Part shown: positions 17,822-27,066 of the stretch, piece by piece
How the letters are laid out: every line of letters starts with the position of its first letter
Numbering within the stretch: position 1 is the stretch's first letter
Assembly: GCA_029861865.1 (NCBI GenBank)
Contig: JAOTYL010000016.1
Coordinates: 15,633 to 79,632 of the forward strand
Direction of reading: 5' to 3'
DNA from: Myxococcales bacterium
GTDB lineage: Bacteria > Myxococcota_A > Polyangia > Polyangiales > Houyiibacteriaceae
Length of the DNA: 64,000 nucleotides
Notes under the pieces: model-generated
What the model was told of the DNA's origin: nothing
The model's input: the letters and a program-made list of their open reading frames with translations, nothing else
Databases searched by the model: none
Program-made: the position numbers and the translations under genes

Positions 17822-19809
17822 GGGACGGCCGTCTTGGCGATTCGAAGCACCTCGGCGACGCTCCACGCCTGTGCGGGGGCGCCGCCCGGGCGGTGCGGAG
17901 GGTCGCCATCGAACACCTCGCCGATCTGACCGATACAGCCTTCTGTGCGGAAGTGGGCGCAGAGGCTCGCGAGGACCGGCAGAAGCTCGGCGTTCACCGA
18001 CTTTGGCCCGTCGATCGCGCGAACCGCATCGGCATAGAGGCCTAGCAACCATGGCCATACGGTCCCCTGGTGGTACGCCAGGTCTCGATCGGCTTGTCCC
18101 CCCTCGTAGACCGGTCGATAGTCGGGGTCATCGGGAGACAGGGTGCGAAGGCCAACTGGCGTGAGCAGCTTGGTACGCACGGCGTGCAATGCTCGGCGCT
18201 TGTACGATTTGTCGAGCGGGACTCCAGGCAAGACGAGTGCCCAAAGCTGATTGGGTCGCAGCTTGCGATCGGGGTTTCGGCCGTCGTGTGTGTCGGTCAA
18301 GAAGCCCAGATCTTGAAGCCAGAATTTTTCCTCGAAGTGATCCGAGAGTTTCTTCGCGGTTTCTTCGAGTGTCTTGCCGAGCTTGGGGCGGAGCTTTTTG
18401 GCCCACCGGCCCGCGGTGATCAGGCTGGACAGCCAAAGCGCATTGAGGTCGACGGCATAGCCCCACCGTGGCGTGACTGGGCGCTGATCGACGATGGCGT
18501 CCATCCAGGTGAGCGCCCAGGGTCCTTGGTCGACAAATAGAAACCCCTGGCGGTCCAGATGCACTCGGGCATCCGCCCCGGCGATGATGCACTCGATCAG
18601 GTCGAGGCACGCTTCTTGAAGAGCCACCACTCGCCGGCTCCGGGTCCGTCTGGAGGTGAGTGCGGTCGCCCGGATGAACAAGAGCGAGGCGTCGATCGCG
18701 TTCTTGTTTGCGGGCACGTCGCCGCTCTTTGGAATGTTTGGAATCAACCCGCCTTCCAGGCGCTCAGCCAGCGATTCGAGTATCGCCAAGGCGTCGTCGA
18801 CCTTGTCCCGGGCGAGGCACAGTCCTGGAAGTGAAATGAGCGAATCACGAGACCACTCGCCAAACCACGGAAACCCGGCGATCACGCCGGTCCGATTTCC
18901 GTGGAGCTTCACCAGATAAGCGTCGGCAGCATCGTCGAGCTCCTCGAGGAACGAACGGCCTTCGCGCGAAAGAGAGACCAGTACCTGCGGTTCGGGGCTC
19001 TCCGTGGGTGTCGTCCCGAGGCGCATGCTCAACGAAGTGTCACCGTCCAACGTGATGCAAAACTCTCCGGGCGTGAAGAGGTCCTCGGCGTCGTCGTAGC
19101 CGCGGGTGTTCTCCCATTCGTAGTGGACGCCTTCGTACCAATGGCCGTCCCTCCCGAATGTGCCCTGGGCACCGTGAAGACTGACCACGAGTGGAGGAAC
19201 GTCTTTGTAGGGTCGCAGCGTAGCCTGTAGGAAGCTCCTGTCGTCGACGTCGACCTCTCCGTTCAGGAAAGGATTCGCGAACGTGAGTTTGTGGATTGGG
19301 CGGCATCGGATCAAGGGCCGCAACCTGAGCTGGACGGGTTCGGTGAGGCCTTCGATCGAGTAGCGAAGCCAGACCGCGTCGGTGCCGTCCTCCAGCCAAA
19401 GCTCGCGGATCACATCGAGGCCGGCGAACCGGTAGGTCCATCGCGGTTGGGGATCGAACTCGACCAAGTACTGAACCCCGTTGGGCTCCACGGCGTTTCC
19501 CCAGTCGTAGCTGTGAAGCGCGAACGTCTCGCCACCCACTTCAAACCATTCCTCGAGCTCCGCGGCGATGTTGAGTGGCCCACCAATGCCGGGCTCGCGC
19601 ACCGTGAGAAGGCTGTGGTACTTGCGGCGTGGGCGTCGATCGATTGTACCCATCGCGAAGGAGCCGCCGGCGTTCGTGCACAACCACTCTGCGTCGGGCC
19701 CAGCCTGCAAAACCGGCATCTCATCCGCGGCGTCGCTCGATGCGCGCGTGAGAAGACGGAGCCCTGCCGGGCTGTCAGATCGACTTGGAAACCAACTCGG
19801 GAGAATCAC
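17818..19809 (-). CDS. amylo-alpha-1,6-glucosidase (glycogen debranching enzyme, archaeal/GH133 type)
   Basis: EWLCTNAGGSFA, RKYHSLL, IAGFPWFGEWSRD, LTWMDA, YHQGTVWPWL, QAWSVAE; start uncertain (19809 or 19719). Confidence 0.88.
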   Translation of the reverse strand: MILPSWFPSRSDSPAGLRLLTRASSDAADEMPVLQAGPDAEWLCTNAGGSFAMGTIDRRPRRKYHSLLTVREPGIGGPLNIAAELEEWFEVGGETFALHSYDWGNAVEPNGVQYLVEFDPQPRWTYRFAGLDVIRELWLEDGTDAVWLRYSIEGLTEPVQLRLRPLIRCRPIHKLTFANPFLNGEVDVDDRSFLQATLRPYKDVPPLVVSLHGAQGTFGRDGHWYEGVHYEWENTRGYDDAEDLFTPGEFCITLDGDTSLSMRLGTTPTESPEPQVLVSLSREGRSFLEELDDAADAYLVKLHGNRTGVIAGFPWFGEWSRDSLISLPGLCLARDKVDDALAILESLAERLEGGLIPNIPKSGDVPANKNAIDASLLFIRATALTSRRTRSRRVVALQEACLDLIECIIAGADARVHLDRQGFLFVDQGPWALTWMDAIVDQRPVTPRWGYAVDLNALWLSSLITAGRWAKKLRPKLGKTLEETAKKLSDHFEEKFWLQDLGFLTDTHDGRNPDRKLRPNQLWALVLPGVPLDKSYKRRALHAVRTKLLTPVGLRTLSPDDPDYRPVYEGGQADRDLAYHQGTVWPWLLGLYADAVRAIDGPKSVNAELLPVLASLCAHFRTEGCIGQIGEVFDGDPPHRPGGAPAQAWSVAEVLRIAKTAVP

Positions 19810-19857
19810 GTTAGAACCCTGGGCCCAATGAATGGCCCGGACCAGGCACACCGCCTA

Positions 19858-19978
19858 AGCAGAAGGTATGCCAAAGCCTGACGCGAACCATCGCGTCATT
19901 CCGTCACAACTCGCCAACAATATCACTGTCGACGCGCATTGCATGCGGCTCGTAGCATTTTCTGGCGCAACTTGTGCG
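19858..19978 (-). promoter_or_regulatory. sigma-54 promoter and paired CGCA-N5-TGCG boxes of the glycogen operon
   Basis: Minus TGGCATACCTTCTGCT (19858-19873); perfect boxes at 19935-19947 and 19966-19978. Confidence 0.75.
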
Positions 19979-19985
19979 GATCGCC

Positions 19986-20804
19986 TCACGGTGACGGCTC
20001 CCGGGGGCCTTTGCTCGTCAGCGCCGGTGTGACATCGACCAATGTGTGGCACTGGCTGCACGCCGATAGGAGCTGCCCGAAAATTTCAGCCTGACCGCGA
20101 GTCGTTGGCTTCGCCTCGCGAGGCTCCCCAGGGCCCGGGACATAATCGTCTTCCGCGGTACTTCCCTCGATTGCGGCCGAGAAGGCGAGATCATGGACCT
20201 CGTAGGCAAGACGAGTCGCTCCCGGAGGACTTTCGGCGTCCGGTTTTTCCGGCCCATGAAGAGGTGCCTCGGCCAACACACGCGCGGCCCTTTGAAAGGT
20301 CTTCGGAGAGTCGCTCAATAATGCCTCCCACATTCTCTCGACCGCCCAGTAGTGCCGTCTCATGTGCATCGTGAGGTCGTGTCCACCCGGAGCAGGGTCG
20401 AGCTTGATCGGGGGTCCACGGTCGAGGGCGTGATGGCACTGCCCGCATGCATACGACAATCGGGCAAATGCCATGCAAGCCTCCTCGAGATCGCTACCCT
20501 CGCGCACCTGTTCGGCGAGTTCTTTCGTGATGCGTGCGTATTCCTTGCCCTGATCGGGGAACGGCACGTGTTCCATGAAGAATGCGAGCTTTCGCATCGA
20601 TTGCCGGGCCATCGCGAGGTCGCCTCGAATCAGTGCATTCCTCGCCACAATCGAAAGTCCTGCGTGATCGGCCATGACTTGATCGAAATTTGCTGGGAGC
20701 TTCGTCGCGGAAAGGTCTTCGACCTCGGTCTCGTCCTTCGAGCCGCATTCGCAACCGCTGAGCGCCGCAAGCCAGAGACTCAGTAAGACGATTCGCCCGA
20801 CCAT
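19986..20804 (-). CDS. diheme helical (cytochrome c'-like) lipoprotein
   Basis: Lipobox LSGC; CGQCH and CSQCH each at the end of a helical repeat. Confidence 0.75.
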   Translation of the reverse strand: MVGRIVLLSLWLAALSGCECGSKDETEVEDLSATKLPANFDQVMADHAGLSIVARNALIRGDLAMARQSMRKLAFFMEHVPFPDQGKEYARITKELAEQVREGSDLEEACMAFARLSYACGQCHHALDRGPPIKLDPAPGGHDLTMHMRRHYWAVERMWEALLSDSPKTFQRAARVLAEAPLHGPEKPDAESPPGATRLAYEVHDLAFSAAIEGSTAEDDYVPGPGEPREAKPTTRGQAEIFGQLLSACSQCHTLVDVTPALTSKGPREPSP

Positions 20805-20851
20805 GATGCGCGTATGATGCCCTCTAGGGACGCATATTCAAGTTGGGTCTT

Positions 20852-21745
20852 TCAGCCCTCCTGGTGGGTCAGCAGTAGCGGAATCTCGCTGTCGTGGAGG
20901 AGCCGCCTGGCAACGCTGCCGATCAGGAGGCGCTCGATGCCGCTCTTTCCGGTGGTGCCCGCGCATATCAGGTTTGCCCCTACGTCGTTGGCCACTTTGA
21001 GGATCCCCGCAGTGGGATCCCCCGTCACCAAGTGCGTCTGAATGGCTTGCGCGTCGATCGAAAAAAGCTCGTTGGCATCGTCTTTCAGCATCCCTTCGAG
21101 CCCCCGGTGCAGGGCCTGGCGACGCTTTTCGGCGGCCTCACCGACGACGGCTCCTCGATCCGTGTATTCGCCCCAAACGTCGAGGTAGCTGTGCACGAGG
21201 TGAAGAGACCCGTGGCAGACGCCATGAATAGCTCGCGCAACCTCGGCCGCGTGTTTGGCCGGCGCAGAAAAGTCGTAGGCGATGACTATCGAGCTCGGGA
21301 CTCCATCGCCCTTTGGGGGAACGACGATGATCGGTGTGTGCACGGTCTTGAGAACCCGCTCGGTAATGCTCCCGTACATGAACTTCGAAACGCCGCTCCG
21401 ACCATGCGTCCCTACGACCACCAAGTCGACATCGTGCTCTTTGGCATAGTCACGAATGACCTCGTGGACCGTGCCTTCGCGGATCACCGTGAAGTGCTCC
21501 AACCCTGCTGTGTCGATCGTTTGAGACTGCTGATCGAGAGCCTCTTGCGCGTCGTTGAGGATGCGGGTGACGGCCTCCGGGCCCGGGCTGTACGAGAGAT
21601 CCATCAGCAGATAGTTGGGGATGACCGGCGTGTGCAACAGATGGAGCTTCGCAGAGCATTGTTTCGCGAGCGCGATTGCGTAATCGAGCGCGAGGTATGC
21701 ATTCTGGGAGAAATCGGTGGGGACGAGGATTTGATTGATCTGCAT
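20852..21745 (-). CDS. tandem-domain universal stress protein
   Basis: ILVPTDFS...GTHGRSG...GSITERV; second domain IVIAYDFS...IGSVARRL. Confidence 0.93.
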   Translation of the reverse strand: MQINQILVPTDFSQNAYLALDYAIALAKQCSAKLHLLHTPVIPNYLLMDLSYSPGPEAVTRILNDAQEALDQQSQTIDTAGLEHFTVIREGTVHEVIRDYAKEHDVDLVVVGTHGRSGVSKFMYGSITERVLKTVHTPIIVVPPKGDGVPSSIVIAYDFSAPAKHAAEVARAIHGVCHGSLHLVHSYLDVWGEYTDRGAVVGEAAEKRRQALHRGLEGMLKDDANELFSIDAQAIQTHLVTGDPTAGILKVANDVGANLICAGTTGKSGIERLLIGSVARRLLHDSEIPLLLTHQEG

Positions 21746-21781
21746 CTCGGGCCTTCGGTTAGATACTCTGGAGCTTACCCT

Positions 21782-22243
21782 TCAGCCGCCAAAAGTGTCC
21801 GTTGGCATGAGGCTATCGCGGAGAAGTTTCTCATTGACATAGTGTTTCTCTTCTTCCTCGATGTCCTTGCGCAGCATCTCCGCAAGGTCGGCGATCCCCT
21901 TTTCGATTTCGGCAGGAGACTTCGCGTCGAGGATGGCGTGCAACAAACGGTCGAGGTGCGCTCGTTGCTCGGCGTGTTCGGCGTGGAGGTGGCGTGCGCG
22001 TTCGGGTCCAAAGCCGTCCGCTTCGCTTATCGCCGGCACCATGTGGGTTTCCTCGAAGGTCATGTGAAGCTCGAGGATTCCTCGTAGGGCATATGCGGCG
22101 CGCTTAACCCGATCCTCCTCTTCTTCTCCCTCTCGGAGTTGTCGCGCGCCAACCTCCAGCTCCGCTAGCATCTTTTCGATCTCCCGGTGCTGGGTCAAAA
22201 CCTTCTGACGAACTTCGGAAGGCATCAACGGATCGTCGCTCAT
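21782..22243 (-). CDS. hemerythrin-domain protein
   Basis: QH..I, HMTFEE, HAEHAEQ, D..EEE; GGAGG RBS before ATG 22243. Confidence 0.75.
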   Translation of the reverse strand: MSDDPLMPSEVRQKVLTQHREIEKMLAELEVGARQLREGEEEEDRVKRAAYALRGILELHMTFEETHMVPAISEADGFGPERARHLHAEHAEQRAHLDRLLHAILDAKSPAEIEKGIADLAEMLRKDIEEEEKHYVNEKLLRDSLMPTDTFGG

Positions 22244-22273
22244 GTCATCCTCCCTTTTGACCGATCGAAGTCG

Positions 22274-22421
22274 TGCAAAGACTGAGCCAGAAGCCTTTAG
22301 CAGGATTTGCCCCGACCCGGCACGCAACTTCTGCGTGGCCTCGGAATCTTTCGCAGAACATGCGTGTTCTTGGATACGCTTTCGGCTTGATTCCGCTGCC
22401 CTGATTGGCACGGAGCTTGAT
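22274..22421. promoter_or_regulatory. divergent sigma-54 promoters sharing paired CGCA-N5-TGCG boxes
   Basis: Minus TGGCTCAGTCTTTGCA (22274-22289); perfect boxes 22323-22335 and 22352-22364; plus TGGCACGGAGCTTGAT (22406-22421, GA at -12). Confidence 0.75.
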
Positions 22422-22438
22422 ATAGAAAGGGTGAGCTC

Positions 22439-22915
22439 ATGGATCAGCCCAAGACGATTCTCGTCGGCACGGACTTCTCGGACATCTCCGACGAAGCGCT
22501 TCGTACGGCGGCACTTTTTGCCAAGACGTTTGGCTCGCGAGTATTGGTGGCTCATGTGTTCGATCCGACTCCGAACGTGCCGCCCGTCGTTTGGTCTCGG
22601 CCCGACCTTCTAGAACGCAGCATCAGAGTCGAGATCGAACAGGCGATTCGAGAAACACTCAGCGGAAAGACCGCGTCGCTCCTCAAGGACGTCCCCGAGG
22701 TGGAGCTGAGCGTGTGTCAGCATCCTTCGGCCGGTCGCGCTCTGTGCGAAATCGCGGAGGACGAAGGCGCGGATCTTCTCATCTTGGGATCTCACGGTCG
22801 AAGCGGGTTATCCCGCGCTTTTCTGGGAAGTGTTGCCGAAAAGGTCGTGCGTCACGCCCCATGCCCTGTGTTAGTCGTGCGCGAACGGCGAAAAGAAAAG
22901 AAGGGTGGTGGATAA
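22439..22915 (+). CDS. universal stress protein
   Basis: ILVGTDFS, GSHGRSG, LGSVAEKVVRHAPCPVLVV. Confidence 0.95.
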   Translation: MDQPKTILVGTDFSDISDEALRTAALFAKTFGSRVLVAHVFDPTPNVPPVVWSRPDLLERSIRVEIEQAIRETLSGKTASLLKDVPEVELSVCQHPSAGRALCEIAEDEGADLLILGSHGRSGLSRAFLGSVAEKVVRHAPCPVLVVRERRKEKKGGG

Positions 22916-22918
22916 CCG

Positions 22919-23332
22919 ATGGCGCTCATTCCGCGATTAGTCGTTGCTTACGATTTTTCGGATCCCGCACGGCGTGCCTTCGAGCTCGGTGTGTTCATGG
23001 GTCGACAGCTCGATGCGGAGGTCCACGTGATCACCGTGCTCGACTCCGGCGACGAGAAAGACGCGTCGAAAACCAAGCGAGAGCTCGAGGATCTCAGAAA
23101 ACTTCTCGAAATGCAGACCTGTGGTGCCGTCAAGAGCGATGACCTCCGAATCGAGTGTCATGCTTTGGCCGGCGACCCTGCCGAGGCGATCGTGGCCAGG
23201 GCTCGAGAGATCGACGCGCCACTGATCGTGTGCGGGACCACCGGCAAAGGAGCTGTCGCGCGCACTCTCTTAGGGAGCGTTTCTCACGAGCTGGTCCACC
23301 GAAGCGGGGCAATCGTCATGTCGGTGCCTTAG
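22919..23332 (+). CDS. universal stress protein
   Basis: LVVAYDFS, GDPAEAI, GTTGKG, LGSVSHELV. Confidence 0.9.
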   Translation: MALIPRLVVAYDFSDPARRAFELGVFMGRQLDAEVHVITVLDSGDEKDASKTKRELEDLRKLLEMQTCGAVKSDDLRIECHALAGDPAEAIVARAREIDAPLIVCGTTGKGAVARTLLGSVSHELVHRSGAIVMSVP

Positions 23333-23371
23333 GCGCTACCCAAGCGTCACAAGCCCGTTTATGACCAAATA

Positions 23372-23470
23372 CGCAGTGCTTGCGCGACACGCTTCGGTAA
23401 ACGCACAAAATGCAGGGATTCGTGTAGAACGAGGCAGGATATGCTCCTGATCGCTGGTACGCTCCTTGCT
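23372..23470 (+). promoter_or_regulatory. paired CGCA-N5-TGCG boxes plus sigma-54 promoter
   Basis: Boxes 23372-23384 and 23402-23414 (tgca); TGGTACGCTCCTTGCT at 23455-23470. Confidence 0.75.
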
Positions 23471-23487
23471 CGTCCTCCCGAGCGCAT

Positions 23488-24402
23488 ATGTCTCTGGAAC
23501 ACACCGACGCGCTTTCGGATTCCGTCGGGCCGTCGATGCGACCGGTCGCGCCGCGAAATCGAGCTCGAAAGATGATTCCGCGAGAGCACGGCGCTTATGC
23601 AGAGCTGTTGTTTCCGATGACGGCTGTCTTCTTGGGGGGCTCACCGACCACCTCTTCGTTGTTGCTAGCCATCGCCGCGATCGCCTGCTTCATCATGAAC
23701 GAGCCGCTTCTCGTGCTGTTCGGCCAGCGGGGCGCGCGCATGCAGCGTGAACAGGGTGGTCGAGCACGGCGCGCACTGGTCCTCTCGATGTTGGTCGCGA
23801 TCGGTGCGGGCATCTCGGGGCTGTGGCTCGCTCCGCAGCACGCTCAATACGCGGTTGTCCTACCGTTACTGCTCGGGGTCGGCGTCATGATGATGGCCAT
23901 TGAAGGGCTCGAGCGCAGCGGGATGGGCGAGACGATGGCTGCCGCGGCCCTGTCTTCGGTGGCACTGCCGCTTGGGCTCGCGTCAGGGTTGGGCGTGCTT
24001 GCTTCGTCGGCCGTTGTGGGGATTTGGCTGGTGGCCTCGCTCTTGGGAACGTCCGTGGTACGGCTTACCGTCGCGCGGACTCGGGCCAAAACCGACGAAG
24101 AGTTTCGCCGCGTTCGCGCCGCTAGGGCACTGGTCATCCTCGCATGCATCGCCGTGATCGGGGTCGGGGCCGCAGCGCCTCTCACGCCGCGCGGTCCGTT
24201 GTGGATCCTGACCGCGGCGGTCCCCGTTGCATTCGTCGTCGCGATTATCGCGATAGCTCGTCCCACCGCACGGAGTCTACGATCGATCGGGTGGGGGCTC
24301 GTGCTCGCCAATGTCTGCACCCTGGTGGCGGTCGTAGCCGCCCTGAAGCTGGTTCAGGATTTCCAGGCAGTAAAATCGACCCTACCATTTCCCATGTTTT
24401 AG
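23488..24402 (+). CDS. YwiC-like membrane protein
   Basis: PREHGAYA N-terminal motif, many transmembrane segments, RSIGW near the C-terminus. Confidence 0.75.
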   Translation: MSLEHTDALSDSVGPSMRPVAPRNRARKMIPREHGAYAELLFPMTAVFLGGSPTTSSLLLAIAAIACFIMNEPLLVLFGQRGARMQREQGGRARRALVLSMLVAIGAGISGLWLAPQHAQYAVVLPLLLGVGVMMMAIEGLERSGMGETMAAAALSSVALPLGLASGLGVLASSAVVGIWLVASLLGTSVVRLTVARTRAKTDEEFRRVRAARALVILACIAVIGVGAAAPLTPRGPLWILTAAVPVAFVVAIIAIARPTARSLRSIGWGLVLANVCTLVAVVAALKLVQDFQAVKSTLPFPMF

Positions 24403-24431
24403 CTTGGCGACGTTCAAGAGAGGAGAGTTTC

Positions 24432-24845
24432 GTGCTCGCAAAAGACATCATGACCGAAAACCCTGTGACCGCGACCGAGCTCATGTCGGTTGCCGAAGCG
24501 CTTACGCTACTCTACGAGCTCGATGTTCGGCACCTGCCTGTCGTTCGCGGTAGCGAGCTGGTCGGGATCATCAGCGATCGAGATCTCCGAAGCTTCTCTG
24601 GTACAGACGAAGAAGGAGAGATCGACAGCGTGGAAAACGCGCGCACCGCGACCGTAAGCAGCTTCATGAACACGAGCCCCATCAAAGCCAGTCCCGAAAC
24701 CTCCGCCCGCGAACTCGTGGAGCTCATGTTGTTGCATCGCGTGGGCGCCATTCCCGTGGCGGATGTCGACACCGGCGATTTACTCGGCATCGTGAGCTAC
24801 GTCGATCTGTTGCGCGTGCTCCAGGAGACGTTGGAACCTGCGTGA
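24432..24845 (+). CDS. CBS-pair domain protein
   Basis: GTG start after GAGGAG; AKDIMT, VRHLPVV, GIISDRD, GIVSYVD. Confidence 0.88.
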   Translation: MLAKDIMTENPVTATELMSVAEALTLLYELDVRHLPVVRGSELVGIISDRDLRSFSGTDEEGEIDSVENARTATVSSFMNTSPIKASPETSARELVELMLLHRVGAIPVADVDTGDLLGIVSYVDLLRVLQETLEPA

Positions 24846-26146
24846 AGCTGATCACCACACACGAGACCGCCGATTTCGACGCCCTGGCATCTTGTGTGGC
24901 TCTTCAAAAGCTTCATCTAGGTGCGGAGATTGGCGTTGGCGGTGGGTTCGCGCCCAACGTGCACCAGTACTTGACCCTGCACGGCAACCGCTTCCTCACC
25001 CAACGGTGCCAGGATGTCACTCTTTCCGACGTGGATCTGTTGGTCGTGACCGACGTCCGACGAAGAAGCAGGCTCCGTCACGTCGAACAAGTGCTCGAGC
25101 GTGCGATCCGGAAGCCGAGCAGTGTCCGCATCGTCGTCTGGGACCACCATCCGAGCGCGCCTGATGACTTGATATCGGACGAGGAGCACGTCCAGCCCGT
25201 GGGCGCTGTGACCACACTCGTCGTCGAGGAGCTCGTTGCGCGAGGTGCAGACATCGACCGGGAAGAGGCGACGCTCTTCTCGCTCGGCATTCACGAAGAC
25301 ACCGGCTCCCTCGCGTACTCTAGAACCAACTCACGAGACGCCAAGGCGCTCGCGTGGCTCCTCGGTCACGGGGCCCGGCCGGGACTGCTACAGCGATTTC
25401 TCAGACCCCCGCTCGACGCCATAGAACGTTCGCTGCTCATTTCGATCCTCGACCGAATGGAGGAAGTTCCCACGTTCGGCACTCGGATCGGGGTTTCTGC
25501 ACACGAGATCGACGAGGCGCCGGCTGGGCTTGCGCGCGTGACCACCGAAGCGTTTCGCATGGTCCCTCATGACGCCCTCTTTTGCGTCTACCGACTTCGA
25601 AACGGCAAAACGCACATCATTGGGCGTTCGCAATCCGATGCTGTCATGATCGGTGACGTCCTCGGCGAGCTCGGTGGGGGCGGCCATCCAGGCGCTGGAT
25701 CGGCGATCGTTCGGGAGGGTTCGCTCGCAGACGTGGTATCTCGCCTTCACTCTGCGATCGAGAAGACCTGCCGCCGTCCCGAAATCGTTCGCGATCTCAT
25801 GTCGAGTCCCGTCCGGACCGTGACCCCGAAAATGCCTTTACGCGAGCTCGCCCACTCCCTTCACGAATGGGGCCACGCCGGCGCGCCAGTCATCGAAGCC
25901 GGAAAGCTCGTCGGTATGGTCTCTCGACGCGACGTCGAACGGGCGAAACGCGACGGCCGTGATTCACTGACGGTTGCGAGCTGCATGGCGCATCCCGTCC
26001 ATACCGTAGGCCCGGACAGCCCGCTGAGCGATGCGCTCGAGCAAATGAAGGCTCACAATATCGGAAGGCTGCCTGTGCTGGACGGGACGAGAATCGTCGG
26101 AATCCTGTCTCGGGACGACGTGCTCGACTACCTCTACGAGGGATGA
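24842..26146 (+). CDS. DHH/DHHA1 phosphoesterase with C-terminal CBS pair
   Basis: THETADFDALAS, WDHH, HEDTG, GGGGH, then a CBS pair ending GILSRDD. Confidence 0.85.
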   Translation: MKLITTHETADFDALASCVALQKLHLGAEIGVGGGFAPNVHQYLTLHGNRFLTQRCQDVTLSDVDLLVVTDVRRRSRLRHVEQVLERAIRKPSSVRIVVWDHHPSAPDDLISDEEHVQPVGAVTTLVVEELVARGADIDREEATLFSLGIHEDTGSLAYSRTNSRDAKALAWLLGHGARPGLLQRFLRPPLDAIERSLLISILDRMEEVPTFGTRIGVSAHEIDEAPAGLARVTTEAFRMVPHDALFCVYRLRNGKTHIIGRSQSDAVMIGDVLGELGGGGHPGAGSAIVREGSLADVVSRLHSAIEKTCRRPEIVRDLMSSPVRTVTPKMPLRELAHSLHEWGHAGAPVIEAGKLVGMVSRRDVERAKRDGRDSLTVASCMAHPVHTVGPDSPLSDALEQMKAHNIGRLPVLDGTRIVGILSRDDVLDYLYEG

Positions 26147-26197
26147 GAGCTTTCCGGACCTCTCAATCGGATCTATAGGATTCTCAAAGGAGAGCCT

Positions 26198-26644
26198 ATG
26201 CGTGAAGAAGGAATTTGCGTCGCCGCGCTGGTCGTGTGCCTGGCAACCTTTGGGTGCACCTCCAAGGAGGCGGCTCCCGCCGAACCCGAACCCGCCGCAG
26301 AGCCTACACCCACGCCGGAGGCAGCCCCCTCCGAGCCGGTTGCTGCCAAAGATCCTGCGGTCGAAGCCGAAGAAATCTTCAAAGCGCGCTGCGTCACCTG
26401 TCACGGAGAGAAAGGCAAAGGAGATGGACCCGGCTCCGCAGCCCTCAACCCGAAGCCGCGCGACTACACATCTGCCGAGTGGCAGAAATCCGTCACCGAC
26501 GAGCACATCGAGAAGATCATCATCGGCGGTGGGACTGCGGTGGGTCTGAGCGCGCTGATGCCTCCAAATCCTGATCTCACCGACAAGCCAGAAGTGGTGG
26601 CCGCCCTCGTCGCCGTCGTCCGGAACCTCGGCAACGATCAGTAG
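26198..26644 (+). CDS. monoheme cytochrome c lipoprotein
   Basis: TFGC lipobox, Pro/Glu linker, CVTCHG..GKGDGP, distal LMPP. Confidence 0.88.
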   Translation: MREEGICVAALVVCLATFGCTSKEAAPAEPEPAAEPTPTPEAAPSEPVAAKDPAVEAEEIFKARCVTCHGEKGKGDGPGSAALNPKPRDYTSAEWQKSVTDEHIEKIIIGGGTAVGLSALMPPNPDLTDKPEVVAALVAVVRNLGNDQ

Positions 26645-26664
26645 TCCCATGGTAGTCTCGGCGC

Positions 26665-26937
26665 ATGCCGATGCTGGTAGGGTGTCTTGCGCTCGTAACC
26701 CCACGGTTTGCGATCGTGTTGGTCTTTCTCTTGAGTGATTACCTCGGGCGCGCCTACGAAACGACTTTGTGGCCGCTCCTCGGCTTTTTCTTCATGCCCC
26801 TGACGACGCTGGGGTACGCGTTTGCGATGAATAGCCACGGCTCGGTCGATGGGATGTACCTCGTGATCGTCGTCGTTGCCGTGCTCCTCGACCTCGGGCT
26901 GGTCGGTGCGGGCTCCAGGACGCGCTGGCGAGATTGA
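26665..26937 (+). CDS. small hypothetical membrane protein
   Basis: 90 aa, about 3 hydrophobic segments (PR...LLGFFFMPLTTL). Confidence 0.7.
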   Translation: MPMLVGCLALVTPRFAIVLVFLLSDYLGRAYETTLWPLLGFFFMPLTTLGYAFAMNSHGSVDGMYLVIVVVAVLLDLGLVGAGSRTRWRD

Positions 26938-27066
26938 GTTCGGGTATTCACCCTGGCGAGTCGTGTGCCGCCCAAAGGGTTAGGGCCTCAAGATCGTGAG
27001 CGACGGGATCGGGCTTCCTGAAGGGTCGGTCGATCAGGTAGGCTCTGAGATCAACCGGAGGCACGT

